A stretch of 64,000 bases of DNA from Takakia lepidozioides. Taxonomy: Eukaryota > Plantae > Bryophyta. The notes beneath the pieces were generated by a model. The model had not been told where the DNA came from and did not search any database. It saw only the letters and a list, made by a program, of their open reading frames with translations. The translations under genes and the position numbers were made by a program. Of this stretch, positions 55,446 through 64,000 are shown one piece after another (within the stretch, counting starts at the first letter, position 1; each line of letters starts with the position of its first letter). The stretch lies in contig CM060731.1 of NCBI GenBank assembly GCA_030704615.1, forward strand, positions 62,744,001 through 62,808,000. The letters run 5' to 3'.

Positions 55446-56119
55446 GACCTCAAACATCCACGCGCATTTGCAGATGCAATTGCCTCAGATATCTCCCGTC
55501 GTGGCTCAGACATCTGCATTCAGCAGGTGCGTGTGGATGTTTGAGGACCTTACGACTGGATGGTGTTCCGTGACGACTCGAATTGTTTTTTTGTGCTGCC
55601 ATCCCTTATATAATACCATGTGGATCCATCACAAAGCTGGGTTTCTTCAGATTCTCCACCCTTTTCCACAACTTATGCACGACGGATGCAAGCCGCTATA
55701 CTTGGTCACATAAACAGTCCCATCGTCCGATACGAAATCTGCAATACACGCCCCCATGTGCATACGCTTCCACCATTTTTGCGCCCATGTTACCCATGGG
55801 TTCCTTTATCATGAGGGATGCAGTACGAAGGGGCTAAACGTATCATGACGGATCACAAGCAGAGGACGTTATCGACGACAGATGTCCGCATTTTCCATAT
55901 TTATGACATAGAATCAAACCATAAAACGAAGGTTCCCGAAAGCACAACAAGAAGGCAAAAATAGTGGAAGCATATGCACGATGGTGGCTGTAGTGCCCAT
56001 ACAGTCCTCTCATGTTCAAGCACACGCTTCATCATCATCATGAACATCGCGCACAAAAGAGGAACAGTCGCGTGCATGGAAAGCGGCCGGGATTTGGTGG
56101 GAAGATCATTGCCATTTTC

Positions 56120-56509
56120 GCAGCCCTAAAAATGGAGGGCTCGGATGGGTTATGGGAATGGACGGTGGCGATCCTGCGCCGTCATCGGACTGGATGGCAG
56201 GGGACTGGCCAGCGGACTGGCGGACTGGCAGACTGCTGGGCAGCGGACTGGCCAGCAGCGGACTGGCGGACTGCTGGGCAGCAGACTGGCCAACAACGGA
56301 CTGGCGGACTGGAGGGCAGCCGACTCATGGGCGGGGGACTGGCCGCGCGGCGGACGGGGGCGTGGGCGCGGTTGCTGCAGCCGCGCCCGCGGCTGGGTGA
56401 CCGCGCGCAGCGGCGGGCGGGGTGCTGGGGAGCCGGGCGTCCGTGCGCGGGGCCCACCGGCCACATCGCACGTGCGCATTGAAGACCCTATTATCTTAAA
56501 ATGAGAGGC
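56120..56509 (-). repeat. Right TIR of MULE (390 bp)
   Basis: Inverted copy of the left TIR with extra GCGGACTGGC-type units. Confidence 0.95.
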
Positions 56510-56518
56510 ATAAACGGG

Positions 56519-56760
56519 GGGCAAGCAGGGTAAGCATAACTTACCAGCGAGGGCGAGGGCGAGGGCGAGGGCGAGGGAGCCATAGGGGAGAGCCTTGCGG
56601 TTTTGGTCGTCTTGGCATATGGCACGAATCTACGGGCTGAGGGCGACCGGCCTGGTGAAGCTGCAGTGATTTGTAGTGTCATTAGAGAGATGGAACTGGA
56701 AGGTTGCTCTTTGAAGATATTTCCAACAAGCTTGAGGGAGAGCTCACTTCCTTGGATGCC
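56519..56760 (-). mobile_element. Upstream continuation of the L1 ORF1 interrupted by the MULE
   Basis: Removing the MULE and one TSD joins AYPACPPF to ICCFASNQKRRCQVLAPLNFNDKLLPHL in frame with ORF 44316-44648. Confidence 0.75.
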
Positions 56761-56924
56761 GCGATTTTTCCTTAAAGAAAAAAAAGAAAAAGAAAAAGAT
56801 AAAGATAAAGTTTCTCCGAAGTGGCATGTGGGCCTCGCAACAGTAATATTCTGACGTGGGGGATGGTGGTGTACTTGGTCAGTTTGCCAGATGTCAAGAC
56901 GTAAAGAACTACGGCTGATTTCTC

Positions 56925-57100
56925 TTTGTTGGCTCTCTTGTAGTTTGCCACATGTTCAAGTCAAGGGAGAAAATGTAGTCAAAGGACCCTACACCGTGTC
57001 AAGGCTCCGATTGGTGTGTTGTGCCGAGTCATGCCCCTTACTCTCACCTTCCTCTTATGTTTTGCCAAAGCAAGAGAGCCCATCGCCTTTTTAGGCTTGT
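56925..57100 (+). repeat. Dispersed direct repeat, partner of 42453-42635
   Basis: See partner; a diverged copy upstream of the FCLY gene. Confidence 0.85.
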
Positions 57101-57377
57101 AACATCTAGACCTGCCCAGAATTTTCCTACATGATTCAAGTCCCCGACGGGAATGTGCCTCCAAATACTCAGGAAGGCCCCTGCCCGCCCGCATTCCACC
57201 ATTTTCGGGCTGCCCATATTTCGTGGAATGCCCTCGGGCAGGGGCCTGCCCCTGTACATAATTTGCAGGGTAAAGGAAGGAGGTGAGCGGGAGTGAGAGT
57301 GCAGGCGGGCTCAAGGATTCTCGAAGACTGAGTTAGAGAGTCGTTGATTGCTTCAGAATCGAGGCAGGAATCAAGAG

Positions 57378-59450
57378 ATGGAGAGACGCTGGCGGATGGT
57401 AGTAGCTTCCCTTCTGTTCCTCTGCAGATTCTGCTATGGGGAGCGAGTTTGCATTGTAGGAAGCGGCATTGGAGGGGCTTCAGCAGCATATTTTCTTCGC
57501 GAGTACTCAGAAACGCCTCTGGAAATTGAGATATTTGAACAGAAGGAGAGAGTTGGGGGACGAATGGCTGTGGTCGAGCTGGCAGGGGACACATTTGAGG
57601 CGGGCGCATCCATCCTACATCCTAAGAATCTGTATGCTGCGAAATTCACAGAACTTCTAGGGCTCAAACAAGTCAATGACCCTGACGAAGAGAGCTTTGG
57701 CATCTGGAATGGTCACGAATTCGTTTTCAAGACTGCGGAGCCCGGGAAGTCCATAATTTCGAAAAAAGTTACACAGATCCTGAACATGCTGGCAGTCGTG
57801 TGGCGCTATGGCACCAGCCTGTTGAAAATGAAGAGTTATGTCTCGGTGAGTTTCTCCTACGCATAACCTGTCCTTTCAGTATTGTCGTTGTGTTTGCTTG
57901 TCTCTTTTACACGTTCATTGTGTGGCTGGTCTTGGTAAAAGCATGTTCGCAGTAGCTCATGCTTGCCCTAAGAAGATTTGATATGGAAGTGCAAAATGTC
58001 ACGTTGACCTGGACCAGTGTCACAGACTGGGAAGATACTGAAAGGGAGTTAAACAGGTAAGTCAATTAGCTGACTTCAGCTCTATAATTAAGCTCCCCAT
58101 CACAGTCAAAAGTTTTATTTGAGTCAGCACTCAGCGTCCGGGCATTTTATCAGTTCAATTGTCTTCTACGAAACTCTTCTAGTCACTCTGCTATCAGATT
58201 CTCAGCTTCAGAGTGGCAATTGAGAGCTCATTTGTTGAACCCCAACATAGACCCTTGAGCTCCAGGCCTGTCGCCGTCTACAGTCAAAACGTGTGATGGG
58301 AAGCCCAGTTGCTCCATTAACCTGAGCTCACCACCTGATTGTGAGGTTTATAGTTCACCACTAATTTCCGAACTGGTTACTTGTAAGTCCTTTTACAATG
58401 ATCTCAAGAGGAGATGGTTGGGAGTATCAATACAACAATGAAGCTAGGTAGTCTCCAGAAGGTAACTTGTAAAATGTGTGTGCTGCTGAAAGCCAATAAC
58501 ATCTAGATTGAGCAAAAAATGTTTATGGAAACAAGCACTTTCTCTACGCATTTCTTGACTGCACTGCCCATGGTACATCCTTGATGCAACAGCCCTTGAT
58601 GGCAAAGTTTTTACTTAATGTCTACCTACCATGTTATGGACCTACTTTCTGGCTTCCTTCTCACAATTTTATTGGAATTTTGTCAAAACAATGCATTGCA
58701 GACATTGTAACACGGAAATGTGTGCATACAGTGCCAGGAAGACAATTCTCTGTCAAATGAAACAACCTCTGAAAGTCTCCTCATCACCACTTATGTCTGT
58801 AATAAACTCTGAGAAAATGCTTTACCATGTCTACACCTCTTATTCTTTCCTTGATATGCCAAATCACAATACTGGACCAGGCTACTTAGGAACATGTGCC
58901 TCTGAGCAGTGGCTTGGGCTATTGAAGTGCTGCTCACGTGTGTTTGGAGAAAGTTACAGACCTTTGCAAGTTTTGTTCACAAGGAGGGGTTCAACACTGA
59001 TTGCCGATGGCAGTAGCTCAGCTCGTGCTCTTCATCACTGTTTGCAATTGCTCCTCTTGCTTGCTCTCGTTCATTTTGGTTCTCACAGGAAAAAGGAAAT
59101 GCACATACAGCTCTGGACTAGACAGGTTAGCAATAGTTTCACCACTGTTCTTTACTGCCCCCATAGTATTCTAACCATGAAGGTACTCTTCTAGAGCACA
59201 GGACTTACTCGAGAAGTTTTTACGAGTGTACGATGAGAATCGTTCGGCATTTGCCACGGTGGAAGAATTGCTGAAATCGGTAGATCTATACACCAGCACA
59301 CAATACACCTTGGATGAACTGCTTGTGACCAAGGGCTTATCTCGTCGTCTGATTGATGAACTTGTTACGGTACACATCTCCCTCTTCCCCCCACCCTTCT
59401 CTGTGAACTTGAGCTTCTTTTGATCACATAGGCCTGAAGTGGGCGGAATC

Positions 59451-59481
<31 letters not shown>

Positions 59482-61962
59482 CAGTCTGTGACATGGGGGA
59501 GGATATCATGGATGACCTCAAGGGTCTACCCACTCTCGGCACCAGACTGAAATTTAAACTCAGGGCAGGAAGCCTACCTTTGAACAGTAAACAGAAGCAG
59601 AGAGGAAAGGGAGAGTGCAATTGCCCATTGTGTGGGCAACCCGAAGACAATATTCATTTTCTGATTCACTGTCCGGGGTACTCTCACCAGAGAGAAGCTC
59701 TCCTCCAATCTATCAAGAGAATTGTGCCTGTACCTCTGTTTACCAACTTTGAAAGTCTCGAGGCTGAGCCAGAAGCCCAGGCCCTTCTGAGGCCTAGTTT
59801 TTGGGCAAATCACACACAGCAGATTGATGCTTGTGTGAAGGGATTTCTAGAGGATATCTGGAAAACCCGAATGAATTCTATTTATAAAGGTAAGTCTTAC
59901 TACCAATGTCAGCCCCTGACGGAGGTAGGTTCTGTCCCTTTGGTTTCCGCTCAAACTGGGCGCGGGGTCAATGGCCACAAGGCTACGGCAAACAACGTCT
60001 TATGAGTACATTCTCTCTCTCTCTCTCTCTTCCTTTGTTTTTCCGCTCAAACCGGGCGCGGGGTCAGTGGTCACAAGGCTACGGCAAACAACGTCTTATG
60101 AGTACAATCTCTTCCTTTGTTCCGCCCAAACTGGGGGTGGGGTAGGTGCTTCGCCTATCAGAGACAACCACACCTTCCTACCTGTTAGGTACTCCACATC
60201 TGATGGGGGATTTGGGCAACTTGAGCTCCAGCTCCTGTACTTCACAGTCTAAGAGAGGAAGGGACCTTGTGAGGACGCAAAGTGCTTAGCCGTACCATAC
60301 TGAGGCACTTGCCTTCATGCAGCATATGGATTTTGTTTTGTTCATTGGTTTCTGTGGTCTTCTGTGTCCATGGGCCCTCTGGGCTTCCCTCATGTCGATT
60401 TCTTCTCTTTCTCTCCCATGCACACAGATACGAAGAGCTTAGCAGCCTACCTGCATGAGGCCCAATTTCAAAGTGATGTTTCAACAGTTGCTGTGATGCT
60501 CCAATTTAGATTATCCATGGACATATTAAGTATGCCACACCATGCCTTTACCAGGCTGGTTCTTGCCGGTCTTTTATTTCATGCAGGTTTTTATGGGTAT
60601 GCATGGCACTCTCTCTCTTTAGGTGATTATGCGAATCAACTATGGGCAAAATGTGAGCATCAGTGGTTTAGCTGGAGGTGTCTCCTTGTGTGGCTCTGGT
60701 GGAGACCTCTGGGCAGTACAGGGAGGAAACTGGCAGATACCTGAAGGGTTAATTCGGTACACGAATGCATCTCTCCACTTAGCAACTAAAGTGGTTTCTG
60801 TGACTTCTGGGGGAAATGGATACCAAGTGGGGTTGGAGTCTGGTGGTACCACAGCCTGTGATGCGGTCATTTTGGCAACCTCATTGGATGAATCAAACAT
60901 TGAATTCACTCCTCTTGTCAAGCGTCCACAGCGGTTGATGCAGCACACTTACACTACGTTCATTCGCGGTCTTCTTAATTCGGTATGTGCCTTTGCTCCA
61001 TCCCCGTCTACCCCTTTTCTCCACTCTCTCCTTGCCTCCTCTCTTTTAAGAAAGGAGTTGTTGGAATAAATTGAATGTGAGCGTCAGCTACTGGACGTTT
61101 TTTTTGTAAGGTCTTACGTCCATTCACACTGAGAATTTTTTTTTCTGGCACAATGAATAGGAGTACTTTGGCATTCCGGCAGGTGCCAGCGTACCATTGC
61201 TGATCGGCACGATGGAAGATCCTTTGATCTTGTTTTCATCCATATCGGTGCTTAAGGAGTACAGTGACAATGATAAGGCTTACAAGGTGTTCTCTCGGGC
61301 GCCCTTGCAAGATGATCAACTTGACCAGCTCTTCAGGTATTCATGTGCTCTGTTGTCATGTTTTCTCTTGTGCTTGTTTGTGGGTGCACTTGTGTTGTTT
61401 ACCAGATATTGCATTCAAACACCGCCGAACTTTAAAGTACTCAAGACTTTGTGGAACCAAAAGAGGGTCCTGGCAGCTGCAGCAAAAGGCTCAATCAGAC
61501 TACACTGCCCATGCTAGGATCCCAATGCTGTGACCACTGTCAATTGGATCTCAGAAATATCATACATAGACACTGGAATTATAGCTGCAGAGCACTCTAA
61601 CAGAGTTCTGTAGAGAGGAGTAATCCATTTCAAGTAAAAGCAAACTCTCTTTCTCCTGGGGCACATTGGCTGAATCTGACTTGTCACTGTGAAGCACAAG
61701 AAATAGCACCATCCGCATCAATTGGGCTGCATATCCACACTACAAAGCTCCGGAGAAATTTGCCCCGTTTGTCCTGGATGGAAACCACCTCTACTATGTG
61801 AATGCCTTTGAGAATGCTGCGAGCACAATGGAAACAACTGCAGTTGCAGCTGAAAATGTTGTACGCCTATTCCTCTCACACTTGTCGGGTGGGAGTTTAA
61901 AGCAGCCAACAGCAAAGAGTGCAGTTGGGTCCGTCAAGGTCAACACAATGCGAGATCTGTAG
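57378..61962 (+). CDS. FCLY: Farnesylcysteine lyase / prenylcysteine oxidase; exons 57378-57845, 59202-59369, 60623-60982, 61161-61336, 61695-61962
   Basis: Signal peptide, FAD-binding VCIVGSGIGG, FEAGASILHPKN, IMRINYGQNVSISGLAGGVSL, WAAYPHY, YYVNAFENAASTMETTAVAAENV, and a C-terminal RDL. Confidence 0.95.
59481..60140 (+). mobile_element. 5'-truncated non-LTR retrotransposon (CCHC C-terminal domain) with reiterated 3' tail, inside a (TC)n tract in FCLY intron 2
   Basis: FKLRAGSLPL...CPLCGQPEDNIHFLIHCPGY...FLEDIWKTR. (TC)n at 59453-59480 and 60012-60030. The tail is repeated at 60032-60106 with a partial copy after it. Confidence 0.85.
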
Positions 61963-62789
61963 GCTGTGACAAAATGCGAGGGGACTCCGTACTTCATTGG
62001 GAATTTGAACTCCAAATGACGAAGTACTCCAAGCACTCCAAGCTTTCTTCTCTGTGTATGACAACTCCTCTTATTACTCTACGGATTGTTGCTGGTGGGG
62101 ATATGCAACGGGGTGTGGTAATTGCTGAGTGTCGTTCAAGGGCGATAAACCAAAAAAATTGGTGTACCATTTGTTGGACGGATCATGGGGATGACTTCCT
62201 AAAGTTCAACTTCACTTACCTGAAAACATTCCAATACCGATAAACGAAGGCGCGGTTGGAAATCTTTTCCTAGTCACCAACGTTCAGTTTGCATATAAAT
62301 CAACTATTCTTCACCTCATTCTGAAAGAGGTCTACAAGCTGCCACCAAGTGAGACGATTGAAAATATCATGTGAAATTATTCACGAACCCACTTTTTTTC
62401 TATACATTTAGCAGAAATAACAGTCATGTTTCATGCCTGCAAAGTTGGAGATCTACCCAACCATTCATTCAGGTCAGAGAGAAAAGATGATCTGAAGATC
62501 TGGTGGGATGGAAGCTTCGACCATCACAACCAGCTAAGCACCTAAAAACAACGCAAGTTCTTAGTAAAGCACCGGCATTAATGTGTGCTTATTAGTAGGC
62601 GGCGCTCCATAGGGAGACGCCATTGCTGCTTAGCTTGCTGATCGGCCACGCCCAGGAATTCCTACCTTTGCAAGATTTGGGACCTCTCTCTCTGCTTGCC
62701 ACTGCAGGTCCTGGAGATCTCTGGCTCCTGCGCACGATCCGTCATGCACATGGCAGGGTTTCTCACTGATTCAGAATTGGAAAAAAGCG

Positions 62790-63220
62790 AATGTTCTTGA
62801 AAAAACGAAAAAATTGGCGTGGGTTTGTGTTTATTTTGTTATGTTTTGTGAAGGTCCTTATGGGGTCACTGGAGCAGGCTTCGAGTGCCCCACCTGGCCC
62901 TTGCTTAGAACGTAGCCAAGACCTCACCAAGTCGCTCAGCATGCCCTGGACGACAGCACCCGAGAGCTTAGGTGGTGCTCATGCGTTCTTCTTAGATTTT
63001 CTCTTTACTTCTCCAAATTCCCCAGCGGCCTTGATGAATTTCTCACAAGTTTTGGTGCAATGGACTCTCTTGCGTCTCACAAGGAAGCGATGGAAGCAGC
63101 TAAGCCGCGCTTGAACGTTCTTTTGTCGACCGACGGGTAGACGTTCCTCGTTCCTGGGGTACTCACAAGGCATCTAGGGAAAGGAGAAGTGAAGAGAAAA
63201 TCCAAGAAGCACGCAGTGAC
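62790..63220 (-). pseudogene. Decayed dsRBD-like coding remnant, copy 2
   Basis: AAGEFGEVKRKSKKNA on the minus strand and an inverted GEVKRKSKKHA on the plus strand (about 63183). DNA is homologous to 25590-25900. Confidence 0.4.
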
Positions 63221-64000
63221 CACTGATAATGCAAGTGGAGGAGACACACCTAGCATTGCTGAGAAGCAGCTTCTAAGTCCTTCCGATGAAATGCCTCTTG
63301 CCTAAGTGCTGGAAACTATTGATGGTATATTTCTTAATCAAAAATGGTCACCATATCCTTAGTACAGACTTTTGGATGGATTGATCCCTTGTGTAGGAGA
63401 TTTGCTTTGCATGTTATGTCAGTGCTCATGTAAAGGTTTCTAATATGCATTCACCATATTGACATTCACCAGCCGTATTTTTTCCATCGATAAACCTATG
63501 AGGATGATCCTAGAAGGTTTGTCTCATGCAGAGAGATAGAGACAGACAGAGAGAAACCTTTATTACATACATAGGAGCTTATGGGCCAAGAGTGTCGAAC
63601 AAACAATGAAGTAGAAAAAAAATAGAATAAGGTTTACATGAGTGCCCGAAGACAGAGTGCCTCATGAAGTTAAGGAGGCGAGCACTCAAATGCCTCTGTC
63701 AAGGGTGGGTAGTCTGGGTAGTCTCTGAACGACGGTAGCAGCTCCCTCTGATCTCAAAGTACAGGCCAGGAGATATTTGTCTCTTCTCCTGATTCATGTT
63801 GCATATTAGAGAAATCTATCCTCCTATAGGGCCTCCTGTGTATGTAATAAGCTTGTTTCTCTCTCTCATGAAGATCAGAAATGCTTGACAGCCTACCTGC
63901 ACGAGGCATTCACCCTTAGACAATCACTTGAACAATAGTTCTTATCTCTGACTTGACGATTCGTCTATCATCCTTATCCTGTCCATTTGCTCAGATAGAG

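Larger units (their letters stand above)
44707..56509. mobile_element. Mutator-like element (MULE), 11.8 kb, with long TIRs and a 9-bp TSD
   Basis: TIRs 44707-45015 and 56120-56509 start and end GCCTCTCATTTTAAGATAATAGGGTCTTCAATG. TSD ATAAACGGG at 44698-44706 and 56510-56518. Contains a transposase. Confidence 0.97.

Noticed and set aside
42453-57100. LTR retrotransposon bounded by the direct repeats
   Set aside because: No TG..CA ends, PBS/PPT, gag or integrase. The interior is an L1 and a MULE.
59935-60110. Hammerhead or HDV ribozyme in the LINE tail
   Set aside because: CTTATGAG only loosely resembles CTGATGAG, and no correctly placed GAAA or stems were found by eye.

Overview
Land-plant nuclear genomic DNA with spliceosomal introns; a non-flowering lineage is a guess only. 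Host genes: a PLS-DYW PPR RNA-editing factor with an adjacent decayed paralogue, a 2OG-Fe(II) dioxygenase, a 7-exon DsbA/FrnE-type oxidoreductase, a BAT1/GABP-like amino-acid permease, a class III peroxidase, a conserved unknown gene with a U12 AT-AC intron, and a farnesylcysteine lyase. There are also several pseudogenes. The main accessory feature is an 11.8-kb Mutator-like element (44707-56509) with long GC-rich TIRs and a perfect 9-bp TSD, inserted in ORF1 of a decayed L1 LINE. It carries an internally deleted SWIM-type transposase and a convergent multi-exon gene: zinc finger, unknown domain, QT-rich repeats and an inactivated Ulp1-like protease. The element is densely covered with a CAGWCTG motif, which suggests a VANDAL/VANC-like cargo system (inference). 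Other items: LINE 3' ends sitting in (TC)n microsatellites, a two-copy tRNA-derived SINE family, a TIR-like element carrying a satellite array, and remnants of dsRBD-like repeats.
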